64,000 nt of DNA, taken from contig CM102285.1 of NCBI GenBank assembly GCA_046563655.1, positions 8,184,001 through 8,248,000 on the forward strand, in the 5' to 3' direction. This document shows positions 36,858 through 49,383 of this stretch, one piece after another. Position 1 is the stretch's first letter. Every line of letters begins with the position of its first letter. The notes under the pieces were generated by a model. The model saw only the letters and a program-made list of their open reading frames with translations. It searched no databases and had not been told where the DNA came from. Source of the DNA: Yuukianura sp. NJ FZ-2021 (Eukaryota). The translations under genes and the position numbers were made by a program.

Positions 36858-37088
36858 ACTTTTAGAATTGGGAGCTACAAATAAACTCATCTTTAAAGAA
36901 TGTCTAGACGCTCATGATTTTATGTCTTTGTAATTCGAGTGTCTTAAAAGTTCCAAAAGATCAATTGCGAAATCATCAATAGCTTTCAAAAGTTTAGCTC
37001 TACTGAACTTCTCACAAACCGATCTCTGCACACATTGTCAGTTTAGCTTCCAGTCTCCAAAAGCGCTCAACAAAAGAATCAAACAATC

Positions 37089-37708
37089 ATGCGTAAGTTT
37101 TTACAAAAACTTTTTAACCTTTAGTCAATTTGAATCTAAATCTTGGTTTCTATTTTTTTTTCTCAGCCGCTTGTCATGCATTATGGAGGTGCGTCCAATG
37201 TTTCATAATGGGATGTGCGTTCTTCGAATTTAATCAGACTGGACAGGAGAGGACATTTTGTGGATTGGAAGGAACTGCAAGGGGATACACCTTTAATGTA
37301 AACCCTCCCAACTGGGAAGCTTGTCGGAATATCCCGACGACGACGACCACTGAGCCACCAACGACGGAACCACCAACGACGGAACCACCAACCACGGAGC
37401 CACCAACCACAAAGCCACCAATGACGGACCCACCGGCCACGCTGACCCCGGATGTCCCTGAACCTTCAATTCAAGCTGCAACGGAATTGAACATTGTCTT
37501 GGCTATCATTACTGGTAAGCTATAACTCGTAAATTATGAATATTGCATCGGAATTCTAATTTAATAAATCTGTTATTAAGTGGGCTTGCTCCTGGCCATT
37601 GCAGCCTATATGGTCACTCGCATCGTGAGGCGCCTTAGTGACCAACTCCAGAGGGGCGAAGCTGCTCTCCAAATGCAGGCTTTCACTACGCATGAAAGCT
37701 CACTTTAG
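37089..37708 (+). CDS. Three-exon membrane protein: Cys-rich N-domain, (TEPPT)n mucin-like stalk, TM helix, short tail
   Basis: ATG C|GTAAGT; 15-bp repeat encoding TEPPT at ~37348-37430; TM split by an intron: IVLAIIT|VGLLLAIAAYMV. Confidence 0.6.
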
Positions 37709-37851
37709 GACATGACAACATATATAAATTAGAGTCCAAATTTCCCATAACCAATTTGATGTACTCTGTAGTAGTCTTTAAAATTCTCCCATAAGCTTCT
37801 GTGAGGTGCAACTTGCACCTCACACAACTCCCCATCTCCTTCTCATCCTAT

Positions 37852-40404
37852 TGTGATGAAACGAAGTCAGCGACCTCCAAGGATCACATAATTTGAATAA
37901 TCTTCTCAAAAATAGATTCTTTTGTCTTTTGTGCAAAAGTAAACTTTTGCACACAACATGTAAATAATTAGAATTAATTAGTTCACTGACCTTCTGTTAA
38001 AGTTAGACGTTTACAAATATGATAATTTGGAGTAACTTGTAACTCCTGTGGTTTCCGGCTGGGGCCCTATAAAAGGACCCAGCCCTGCCTGTACAAACAA
38101 TCATTCAACTTCTACCTTCTGCTCCGCTTGGACAGAAGACTTTTCTACAAACTGTGCTTTTCATTTTTCATTTTAACTTTGAATAAAAAGTTCATTGACT
38201 CCGCACCAAGCGGAGAACCTAAACTTTGTAGTGCGTGATTCTTTTCTTTTAGGCCAAAAGGCCTTTTTCACTACAATTGGTGGACGAGAGCCGCGTTGAA
38301 CCAACGGGCAATGACCTCCACAGGGTCCGCTATAGGCGTTGACCAAATGACCTTATGGCGGTGGTCTGCTCTGTGCCTCTTGTTGATGGCAAGAAGAGCA
38401 TTGACCTGTTGACCCTGAGGTGGGATGCATATGCATCCAGTGCTGTGGACAGCAAAATTGCTGTCTATAAGAAAAAGCACAAAATGGAGGCGTTGAAACA
38501 CGCCAGAAACAAATCTTTGTTTGACCCCTATGAGGTCAAATGTCACAAAATTTTGAAAAATTATGTTGACCTTGATGAAGGTCAAATCAAAATAATTCCT
38601 TTTGACTCCGATGATGTCAAATTTCAAAATTTATGAAAAATCTAAGAAGGGGAGGGTGTACAATGCATTTAGCATTGTATTGACCCCGGTTGACCCCGCA
38701 CAAAAAAAAATTTGACTTTTGTTAAAACTTAATGTTGGGTTTCAAAACCCTGCTTCAAAATAAAGTTCAATTTTGTTCACTGTCAGGTGAAATGCAAATC
38801 ACCTGAAATAACCAAATTTTCAACTCAAAAAGATCTGACTCAAAATTGACAAAATCATGCAAGGGCACAATGACCCTTGACTAAGAATATTCTGAACTTT
38901 TCAGAATAAACATGAAAAGTACGTCAAATTGACAAAACTAAATGCAGAAGTTAAATTGCTTTCCGAAACTCTCATTTTAATTCAAAATTATACCGATCTT
39001 TGTCAAAAATTAATTTTCCAAACCGATTCAATCAAAACTGCTGAGTTTGCCCAGTCATGTTTTTTTTGAAATTGAGCAATGACCTAAAACCCAAAATCCA
39101 TTTGAGGACTCAAAATGCAGGGTCCAAAATAATATGGAGGGACATGAAGGCACTGCTAATTTCAACTGGCTCGGTAAGCAAAACCCAGACAATTTCTTAA
39201 AATTTCCACTTTTGGTAAGAAATTACCTCTGAAATTTGTTTAACTTTTTATGTCGACTCCAGTTTCGCAAATACAAGTTAAAGAAAGATTTTCAGTGAGA
39301 AAATTAACCTCTGAGATTTGCTGAAACATGCGGGAGACTTCAAAGTTATTGCAAATTCAAGTAATAATTGCCCACTAATTGCATCTGATTGTTTAAAATA
39401 AAAACTAAAATCATGAATCCTTGTGCGCCACCATTGAATTTGCTCTTAAGGTGGGGTAGATACCTCAACCGCGCAAATTCAAACTCAAAAAGCAGTCGGC
39501 GAAAGCGATCGAACTGTAGAGTTAAAATGGTGTGCGACATGGTCTTTTCATGAAAAATAAATTTGTTTCACAAAAAGTTGCAAAAAGACTCATTTTTAAC
39601 TCAGAAATTCAAAATCATGTCAAAAATTCAAAATCCCAAAAAGGAAACAGAAGTTACTCTTAAAACAACAAGAACACCAAGCTGAAAAGCTTAACCTCGT
39701 TTCCTTCACCTCACCAAAAACAAGGTCAACGAACCTAAGCGGTGATTCATGGAACAAAAGTAAGCTGACCTTTGACCTTTTTGCAATTTGCAAATTTGGT
39801 TGTCATGTTCCATGCCCCGCTCCTCAACATTCCTCAATTTACATTATTTCATTTTTCTATTATTCATTTTACTTAATTTTATTTTTATATTTCTAGGTGA
39901 ACTTGGAGACGCTGATGGACTGCCGCATTCCCACCAAACTCAACGAACTCAGGAGAGTTCTCGTTCTAAGGAGGGAGGAATGTGATGAAACGAAGTCAGC
40001 GACCTCCAAGGATCACATAATTTGAATAATCTTCTCAAAAATAGATTCTTTTGTCTTTTGTGCAAAAGTAAACTTTTGCACACAACATGTAAATAATTAG
40101 AATTAATTAGTTCACTGACCTTCTGTTAAAGTTAGACGTTTACAAATATGATAATTTGGAGTAACTTGTAACTCCTGTGGTTTCCGGCTGGGGCCCTATA
40201 AAATGACCCAGCCCTGCCTGTACAAACAATCATTCAACTTCTACCTTCTGCTCCGCTTGGACAGAAGACTTTTCTACAAACTGTGCTTTTCATTTTTCAT
40301 TTTAACTTTGAATAAAAAGTTCATTGACTCCGCACCAAGCGGAGAACCTAAACTTTGTAGTGCGTGATTCTTTTCTTTTAGGCCAAAAGGCCTTTTTCAC
40401 TACA
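37852..40404 (+). mobile_element. Young non-autonomous LTR retroelement (2553 bp) with CTAT TSD
   Basis: 424-bp LTRs 37852-38275 and 39981-40404 (TG..CA; one mismatch seen by eye); PBS TGGTGGA.. at ~38278; PPT AAGGAGGGAGGAA 39968-39980; CTAT at 37848-37851 and 40405-40408; no long internal ORF. Confidence 0.95.
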
Positions 40405-40601
40405 CTATTATCCTCTTTCATTTCAGCTCAACTAAGAACCACTTTAGCTCACATTCAAAACACCCTAACTCCCTTTCCTTTGCTTTAAAAGTGCTTTTAC
40501 TTTTCAAGATTGTATTTTACAACAATTACAATAATGGAATTTTTGTCATTGAATAAAAAGCTTAAAATAATAATTATATTTAATTCCAAAGTTTTGACAA
40601 G

Positions 40602-41739
40602 TTAGTAAAGTATAATGTGGCACTGAACCCCCAACACTACTTTACATGTTCTGACAGGGCGGAGATAATTGTCATTGCGGTCAGTTTGGTAATCACGACA
40701 GCGGCATTGAAACTTGTACTCTTTGGCGGGATTAGACCGCCTGGGGTGTATGTTTTCACAATGTCGCTTGAACGTAAATTTCCGCTTAAACGGCATCCGA
40801 CATCCCTCGCAGTACAGAGGTGAGTAGTCTATGGGTGGTAGTTGAGAATCCATTACGTCTTCCGTTTGAATGGCTACACTTTGCTTCGTTCGATTTCCAA
40901 AACACGATGCGATCGGTATAAGTCCACAGTTGCAAAACAGCAGCGACAAGAGAAGCAAACGTGTCTGTCGCTGAATTGAGGCTAAAAAAATCACAAAATT
41001 CAAAATGAGGGTTTACAAAAAATACTTTGACATTACCACAATTTTTTTGAAGCCAAGTTGCATAAACCAGAGTTATTCCATACTCTCTACGACGTAGCAT
41101 GTTAACTTTGCTCTTAGTTCCGGTGGCATCTCCGCCGGAATCTTAATCCATTTGAATCTAAAGAAAACTAGAACCAAAATTGGTATATTAAAAGTTAAAA
41201 TAATTTTAAATTAATCACTCACGGATAGTAGTCAACTTCTTTTCCCCCATAACCTACGAACATCTTTTCGCCGTTTTATTTTTTCATTTTTGCTTCAGTT
41301 TGTTTGTCTTCTACGAACATGTCTTCGCCGTTTTGTTTTTTCATTTTTGCTTCAGTTTGCTTGTGTTGTTTTTCTCGATACCCGCATTCGTAGAGCCGGC
41401 GCGTGGCAAACACGGCGGTAATGTTGATGGGGTGATACTTGTCAAGTTTGTGGCGCTGTTGTCTTACAAGCGTCCAGTACTTTTTGTCTTACCACTTGGG
41501 CCAGGCGTTTCTTGCGCAGGAGCCGGGCGCAAAGTATATTCGCTTGGCTAAATTTTGAAAATTTTCGGTTGAAATTGAAAAAATGAGACAAAAAAACTTA
41601 CCGATTCGACCGTGACCCCTTCACCGTCAAAGTCCGGGTCATGAACAGGATCATCGAAAACATTCTGAAAATGCGACAGTTATTTGTAATGCTTTCAGTA
41701 CAAGTAAACGCATAAAATTATAAACGAACTTACCAGCAT
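40602..41739 (-). CDS. Subterminal multi-exon zinc-finger gene (region), paralog of 27652-28840; possibly degraded
   Basis: ATG CTG|GTAAGT first exon; DPDFDGEGVTVE; PSEYTLRPAP versus PQLYNLRTAP; CEGC..FKRH..H..FQCRC.DYQT.R.DNY. Confidence 0.65.
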
Positions 41740-41948
41740 TTCGATGCGTTGTATTTTTTGGACCACGAAGTCTTGATTTTCCAAAAACAACAGAGCTTAA
41801 TGTTTTTAACACTGATTTGTTTTTGTTTTAGGTAACAGCTGTGGTAATGTTTTTGAATTGTTGAGAAAAAAAATGAAAAGAAACAGAGATGAAGAAGTCA
41901 CCCGTTCTTTGTAAAATCCAACTCAAGTGCCATCCAATTCTTGTTGTT

Positions 41949-42380
41949 GAAATCTTACAACAATCTAAACTCAACTCAACTTTCAACTTTCAGTGTGAAG
42001 TTCATGAGTTCGTTTTTTTTGGGGATTTACAACACTGCCTTGATGGTGAAGTGGTGCAGAGATACAGTTCAGAAAATAGAGAGAATGAAAAAGACGCGAG
42101 TTCGAAATCAGATTTTTTTTTATTTTTTTTTTTCATTTTTTTTATTTGTTTTTTTTAGTTTATAAATTATATTTAACAATAATTTAATTAATAATTTAAA
42201 TTTACTTTATTAATAAATTACTAATTTGTTTGAATAATGTTTTAAAAGTTCTTCTTCTTTCTTTTCACTCCACCACAAGCCCCGGGGTAAACTGCATTAG
42301 AGCGGGGTGCACGGACACTGGCTGGGGGTATGGGGAGGGGGCTTGACCTATTTTCTTCTGGTAAACAGTTACCACTAACT
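41949..42380 (-). repeat. Right TIR of the central Polinton
   Basis: Reverse complement of 29249-29675 and of 27013-27068; ends ...ACCACTAACT (5'-AG...CT-3' termini). Confidence 0.9.
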
Positions 42381-43782
42381 TACATTCTTTGGACGGTATG
42401 CCTATTCCTCTGTAAAGCAGAAAATCAAGAAAATGCGACTATCAAAGATTTATTTACTTCTCATGACACAAAAACCTCTGAACTTTTTTATTGTCGCGGA
42501 TGGACTAACGGTATTCCTTGGAATCTACCAGAAGATATTTCTTGTCCTTTGGTTGATACTACTAAACCTTCTACTTTAATAGACTTAACATTTTGGCATC
42601 CCGATATTACGCATAACACTTTCCAAGGTTATGAATGCTTTCGAATCCGTGAAGAAGTTAAGACATACAAGACTTTTTTGGATCCAAATCAGAAAAATTT
42701 TTAAAATCCAAAGAGGCAGTTACTGAGAGAGAATGCAGAGATATGGTAAGATCTCACCGCAGTCCACAACCTCAAAACTTGCCCTTGGAAAAATTACTCG
42801 ACGGATTATTTGGCACAAAATTGCAATTGACAACTGAATATTGGTGACTTACTACTTATACTAATACCATAACTAACTACTTTCTTGTCCCTTTGACTAT
42901 AACGGTAAATGACGCTGATGATTCTATTATCACCAACGCAAAAACTGCTGAACTGTGTAATTTCAGAACCGGATACTATCCAAAAGACACGATTTTGCAA
43001 TTCAATCTATAAACAGAGAAGTATGCCAATCACACAAATCTCATTTACAACTTTTGAGAATGCTTGCAGCAAGTGGACAACCTAGTTTACTTGTTAGGAC
43101 ACTCATGCGTAGTCCGGGATACAGAGCTATAAATACTGGCGATCTAGTAGAAATTTACAAATGTGACGTTACTACTGATTACATGCTACTACCACAAACC
43201 GAGTGTATTTTAGAATGGCCAATAGAATTTTTTCATTCAACAGAAAAACGAAAAGGTTATTTAGCGGGAATTACGCACGAAATTTTTGATAAACCAACAT
43301 ACGTTGCATGCCCAGCACCAAATTACTATTTAAATTAGTGAAATCTAACGCTTCAATTCACAAACCGAACTGCTGTTGAAGATTATCCAATGATTCCTTC
43401 TTCTTATAGTGATTTAGAAATTGCAAAAATGCCCGAACTTAGTTATACCTCACCAGGTTCTTATTCTATCGAAGAAATTTCAGGTTCAGACACATTCATG
43501 GCTCTTAGGAGGGAAATGCAAAATTTAAATCGCATAAATTATCTAGTAGACAAGTATGTGAAAGGAGAAACTTTAGATCCCTTTGACAACAAGTCTTTGT
43601 CTCGTTTCCGTGAATTTGTCATTTCTCCGTTTCAGGATAACGTTTCATTTATTGGACTGATTGCTGTCGTGATTTTCTTGTTTCTAATCTTTATGAAATT
43701 TTGCTACTACAAAAAAGATGTAATTCTCATTAGATTCACACAATTTCGAAACAGAAAAAGTAATTCAGACTATATTAGTTAG
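42381..43782 (+). pseudogene. Membrane-anchored gB-like env glycoprotein, frameshifted and deleted; starts at the TIR boundary
   Basis: Partial signal YILWTVCLFLCKA; FYC..GIPWNLP..SC; GYECFR..KTF; GQPSLLVRTLM..YRA..GDLVEIYKC (like gB NP..ARxxGDVxxxxxC); TM FIGLIAVVIFLFLIFM plus basic tail. Confidence 0.75.
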
Positions 43783-44113
43783 TGAATAATGTGGGTTAAG
43801 GCGCTAGAATTATTGATTTTTCTGGATCGATTAATCGTTATTGTTCTAGATGGGATTGTGTCCTCACCCTTTTTCGTGTGGATAAGGGGATGGCGTGGTG
43901 TCCCCTTCTTCCGAGAGGGGTGGATTGGGGTGGGTTTTGGGAAAGTGGCGGGAAGGGAGGAAAGTTTTTTTGAATTGGTGGTTGTAGTTTTGGTTTTGAT
44001 TTTTTGGCCCGTGGTGGTTGTGTGCTGATTATCATTAATCTGTTTTTTGTTTGGTGGTGGATTTTTTGTTAGTAGTTTAAAGGGAAGAATAAAAAAACAA
44101 ATCAAATTTCATC

Positions 44114-46006
44114 ATGCTTGGTGGCGAGGAATCAGTAGAGCAGGTACCTGTTGAGCAGATACAGGTTGAAGATTTGGTTACAGCTACCATAAACGAAGTG
44201 GCTGATGGTGGTGGTGTGATTTTAATTCCTGGCGTGTGTCGTGTAAGTGTCATATTGTTATAAAAAAGAGGGAGTGGGTTGGTTTACTATTATTATTATT
44301 AATTGTGCGTGTTTATCTAGAGGTCCAATAGTCGTCGTAGTACTCGTTCAATTGGGCCGCCAATCGGAAAAAACTTGTCAAGGGTACGTATAGATTTGTT
44401 ATTACTGAAAGTAGTGAATGTGTTCTATAACATTTGTAACATACAATTTCGACCAGGTTAATATTGGACTTCCAAAAAGACTGAGAACTAGCGTTAAAAG
44501 ACGAGCTCCTCGCAGACCAGTTCGAAAACCACGACCTCTGTACACTCCGAGACCCGACACTTGTTTACAAATAAATATGAATATGGAAATTGACAAACCA
44601 AGGAACAAATTTCCAAAAGTCTCTTACCCAATTGATGAGCTTCGAAAAATCGAGGTTCGAACAAACTTTCACTTTCCTTACAGTTTTACTTCATTTTGTT
44701 TCCATTTTTCATTTTATCATTTTTTTATTTTCAGAAACTAAAAAAGAAACGTAGAGCACCTGAGCACCGAATCAAAGAAGAAAAGAGAAAATTAAGGAAA
44801 GAAAGCGCGCCAAATCCAAGTTTGTTCAATCCTGCCGAGATAATATTTCTTCGGAAACTCATCTACCTAACAAAAATCGTTTCCAAACTAAATCTTCTCG
44901 AGCAAGACTGAATTATGTTATTTCCACGGAAAATTTAAAACAAAAATTAGCAAAACAAGAGAAAGTTCGAGATGAATACGCACAAAAAATTGATCCACAA
45001 ACAATCTCTTATAATTCACTTGAGGAACCTATCGATCTTGTATCAAATCAGGTCATTGTAATGGATCCTCCAGTGAAAGTTTCAGGAACAGTAACGAAAT
45101 TATTTACTTTTCCTGACCCTAAACCAGACTTAGCAGATGTACCAATAATTAAGGGAGTAATAGAATATAATGGTATCCATCCAGTTAATTATAGAAATAA
45201 ACGAAAACCTTTACACTCCTCTTTAGTTAAGAATCCTAAAGTGGATAAACAATTTACTCCTTATGGAAAATTACTTAGGACTGAAACATAAAAATCTTTT
45301 TATTTTAAGAAATACGCGAATAATCCGGAAATGCTAGCACTGTACAAAGTTAGTTTCGAGGATTCTTTAAAAATATATGCACCGATACATCATTCCAGAA
45401 TATGCCCCTACAACACTCACTTCTCTGGAAGCAGCGGAACGTTACCTGGCACATCTAAAGACTACACAGCCATCTACTGTAACTACATCGGAAGACAAAG
45501 TCCTAACCCTCCACCTCCTAAATTCCCCATCGACTTAAGTATGTTGTCACAATGTCAACCTAATACAAAGCTAATTAATAATTTGTACAATAATCCTACT
45601 ACTTCTAACTTTCCATCAACGAGGAAATCAAATCTTCTCACTTCCACTTCTGATGATGTTTTACCCCAGACATCAAAACTTTCTCTTCCCAAACGTAACT
45701 GGAGAAAGTGGACATGAAGCAGACGCTGAGACTAACTTCACAAAGCGAAGAAGAATTCGACCTGTTAATATGACCGCATATCTCAATAGTGAAATCACCC
45801 AAAAATACTCTAAACTTTCAAAAACTGTTCCAACTCATAACAGTGTGAAGCGAAATCCCAGTGAAAGTAAAATGTCTCTCATTCCCTCCATCTTTTACAC
45901 TCCGAAGAATCTTCCAAATCAAAACTTCAGATCCCTACCCCCCTTAGAGGAATTTATAGAAGACGCATTTCACTCATACAACAATATAGAAGTCGACCTA
46001 GATTAG
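44114..46006 (+). pseudogene. Degraded intron-containing Arg/Lys-rich hypothetical gene(s) downstream of env
   Basis: ATG 44114; donors at ~44243 and 44654; basic stretches KRRAPRRPVRKPR and KLKKKRR; several broken ORFs. Confidence 0.3.
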
Positions 46007-46677
46007 AATTTCTCCATACATTACGACTCTCACAGTTTTGTTATTATTCATACACTCTACAATAACTTAATTACTCATAGAATTATTCTCTAAGAAACTA
46101 AATGAAACTATAAAAAACAAAAAACTGAAACACAAAAATAATTCATAAAAACATTTATGTTAACGAAAAAAAGATTATTATATACTTTAAAATTATTATA
46201 TGTATACTTTTTGATATTATGGTTTATGAGGCCATAAACTTTTTCGCTAAGGGGAGACATGTTACACATCAATAACTCTAAAATAGACTTATTGCTAAGT
46301 TCACTTTCACTTGCATTCCATTTGTAAGTACTAATGACCATCGTTAAAAACCTCAACCTTTTATACAGGCCATGCCCGTAATGCTTTCTATTTCTCGACT
46401 TTGTCGTAGTTCTCGATTTTGGAGGGAAAAGGGTTTTTTAGAGATAAGGAGCAAAAAAGAGATAAGGATAAAAAATTTTTTGGAGGGAACTTTTCCCTCC
46501 AAAATTTTTTTATCAAAAAATTGTATGTGGTAGACCACCACGAAGGAATTTTTTTTTGTTCGTCAACAAAGTCGAGAAATAGAATTACTTGATAGTTTTT
46601 AACGATGCTAATGACCATGTTAAAGATACTTTTTAGTACCAAGTGCCCTTTAGGCTTTTTGAAACTTTTTAGATAAT

Positions 46678-46970
46678 TGTTAAGGGTAAGTAGTGGATAG
46701 GACAGGAATGCTCCCTGACCATCCCTAACCCTGTAGTAACATAGGTTATGTAATTAGCTATTTAAGGACTTGCCACACCTGGAACTGTACCAGTCGATGG
46801 TACAGCAGAGACTCTTCGAAGTCTCAGCTCACTCAGCAGTGACCCTACCAGGTCAAGCTAGTGTTGTAAAGCACATTTCAATTGGTTCATTGAATAAAGT
46901 GAAAAAAGACAGTCTCAAAATATTTTCATTTGATTTTATTATTGTTTCAAGACGCGAGTCTTGTAATAAC
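46678..46970 (+). repeat. Possible solo LTR
   Basis: Starts TGTTAAG, AATAAA at ~46892, ends ..TAATAAC; no partner or TSD found. Confidence 0.3.
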
Positions 46971-47323
46971 TGTGTCTCCAGTAATGCCAAAATTATTATG
47001 GGAACGTCCCCAAGTTGCTATTCCACCAACTAACTCTTTAGACCGGACTTTAGACCAGGAACCAGCTCCAGCGACTTCTACCACCACTCCCGCTTCCTCT
47101 CCTTATTTTATGTTCTAAGTACCCAACTCTACCTTGCTACTGCTTTTAACTCTACAGGAAATGGAACAACGTACACTTAATCCTACGTCGCAGGGAAAAA
47201 TAATTAATATTACTCACATTTAACTATACACTCTAAATCTTACTTCATCTTCCTTAGGAACTATTGCTTGAAGTTGCACGCATTCACTAGGTTTCTGACT
47301 TAACTTTGATTATTAATATGTAG

Positions 47324-48543
47324 ATGTTGTTCATCGTTATCTTTGTCGCCATCTCCACTACCCAAGCAGCCATAATGGCCACGGACGATAATCATCTGCT
47401 TCAGATGGTCTCCTCTGCCAATTTTACTAACGACGGGAACCCCGGTGACCGTTCTGAGTAACTTTACCTGGCCAAATATCCAATTTTGAATCCAAATAAA
47501 AAAAGCCACTGGACGATGGGGATACTTTACAAGACGGCTGACAAGGATGCCAGTTGTGAAATCAACTTACCGGCCGAAGGACTCATTACTCTCGATCTAC
47601 ACACTGCGCATTCTCTAAATCGGGAAATCCTCGCCTTTGAATGCATAAAAGAAACTACCACGGAATCAAAAACGGTTTGCTTCTTCGGTTCTACTCTATG
47701 GAATTATTTGACTACACGTAAACGAATTGGCATAACAGAGAGTGACTTCTTAGTACGTGACTTCCGGGATCAGGACGGCACCCCATTGTTGAGACTCAAT
47801 TGGACTACCTCCGGCACTAACAGAAAAACGGATGCCTACTTTTTTGGACGGGAACGTCGTACAGTACTGTCGTAAATTATTACATTAAAATTCATAAAAT
47901 TGCTTATAACCTCCAATAGATTGATCCAGGAAAAATACTTGAATTTTGTGGTTGCGTATGCCGTAGAGGCGACCCAGTGCGAACTTTTGGACTCACACCT
48001 GGTATGGGGTGTGTCAGAGAGAAAGCGATGACCGGTGACCTGGGATGCTGGATGAGATGCCGAATGATGTGAACGGAGGAGAAAGACAACAGACAGGAGT
48101 TGATGAGCCATTGGATGGTTTATTCAGACTGAGAAATGAATGTATGTGTGTGTCTTGTCTGCGTATTCTAACTTAGCCTATGGGGAGTGAGTGGGGTGCG
48201 TAGAAGGATCCGCTACAGAGGAGACAGATACAAATTTTATATTCCCTACCAGGCGTGTAACCGATATGTTTTTAAGAATCAAACCTGTGCTGTATCTGAC
48301 CCTGTAATTAAGTGTCCCCATTTAGGGATAGCGATCACGACATTGTTTCGGCCTTTTAGATGTGGCAAACGGTTGAGTTATGTCCGAATGGTAGTTACGA
48401 CCGACAGTGAAAATTTGGAATTGAAACAATCATCCGACTTTATTCCCATCAATACAGAATTCCATGAGTTGATTGATGTGGCCACAAACGTTGCAGGAAA
48501 TTTTACCCTTTTGGGGGTGGAAATTCATATGTGCGACCCCTAA
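47324..48543 (+). pseudogene. Second copy of the anchorless env-like gene (paralog of 3532-4560), with LTR-like insertion
   Basis: Signal MLFIVIFVAISTTQA; KSHWTMGILY; AFECIKE..CFFG; VNYYIKIH; KNQTC..IKCPHLGI..PFRCG..EIHMCDP*. Confidence 0.8.
47947..48217 (-). repeat. Probable solo LTR inserted in the env-like gene
   Basis: Minus strand TGTAGCGG...CAACCACA, AATAAA on the minus strand at ~48118; interrupts env homology; no TSD (adjacent deletion). Confidence 0.5.
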
Positions 48544-49211
48544 TTAATAAATTACTTAAGGCACAAGACTACACATTTAGTTTACAGATAGTTTTCTAAT
48601 TATGACTAATTGGGTCATGTAGTTACATAACTTAATACTTTCAACCTGTTCTATCAATTTTGTTTTCAATTCTTGCTCTTGTCTCAAATTATTCACTTTT
48701 AAAATTATACACTTCTTACATGCTAAGTTTAGGCTACTGCACCCAGGGTAGAAATGAAAAATCAGAATTTTTTTTTTTGCAAAGCTCACAGAAAACGGCG
48801 TATAGGGTATAGGAATACAATAGGCAGTGTATAGCTCATAGCACACCATCGCGACTTTTTGGCTTAGTGGGAGAAGATTGTGAGCTTGGGTTCCCGTGTA
48901 ACCACACTGAAACCAAAACTGGTTAAACTCACAAGCCACAATACGGAACACGGAGAGGGAAGGTATGGTGGGAGCCACCATATAAGCAGGAGTTTGGGGT
49001 GGAGTGAGGCAGTCAGAAAGTGGGGCTCTACAGTGGATCTTTTCCACCCTGTAAGCCTTAGAGTCACAAGGAACCCTGGGCAGGGCGACCAGCGCAACAA
49101 ACTCGTAACGCCACATCAGTTTTGTCTCGGTGTTGTTGCTTCATTTCTTCTCTTGGGTGGACACCTGCGGATTGGAGGTGGAACACATCTGGGGAGAGGT
49201 CATCCCCCAGG

Positions 49212-49383
49212 TTGATCTCCTCTCAGTCACAACAAACAGAACTGACTTTGACCTTTTGACCCAATCAGATTATATTCCTCTGGAAACCGAATTTGAAAAC
49301 TGGCCAACGTAGAGTATTTCACAGCAACACCAGCACCCACTTTGATGGGTGTCATGATTGATATGTGTGATATGACAGAATAA
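49212..49383 (+). pseudogene. C-terminal fragment of a third anchorless env-like paralog
   Basis: TTNRTDFDLLTQSDYIPLETEF...TLMGVMIDMCDMTE* versus STNRTSHDLLSQLDYVTLNNEF...TMLAVQVGMCNPNA*. Confidence 0.7.

Larger units (their letters stand above)
29249..42380. mobile_element. Internally deleted Polinton/Maverick: TIR, INT, minor capsid, (BEL insert), core-like ORF, MCP fragment, pPolB fragment, membrane protein, (LTR insert), ZnF gene, TIR
   Basis: Long TIR pair enclosing hallmark Polinton genes; ATPase and protease not found; no TSD identified. Confidence 0.87.

Noticed and set aside
42330..42380. MGRGLDLF.. as the env N-terminus
   Set aside because: These codons are TIR sequence; env homology begins at 42381
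27007..42386. 6-bp TSD for the Polinton
   Set aside because: Flanks of neither TIR pairing match (ATTATT versus TACATT), so no TSD is claimed
43779..44105. Hydrophobic and basic ORFs on both strands
   Set aside because: Products of a GT-rich low-complexity intergenic tract
48577..49215. 179-aa (-) and 111-aa (+) ORFs
   Set aside because: No recognisable domain; region looks like a minus-strand LTR-like sequence starting TGTGGCG at 49115, other boundary unresolved
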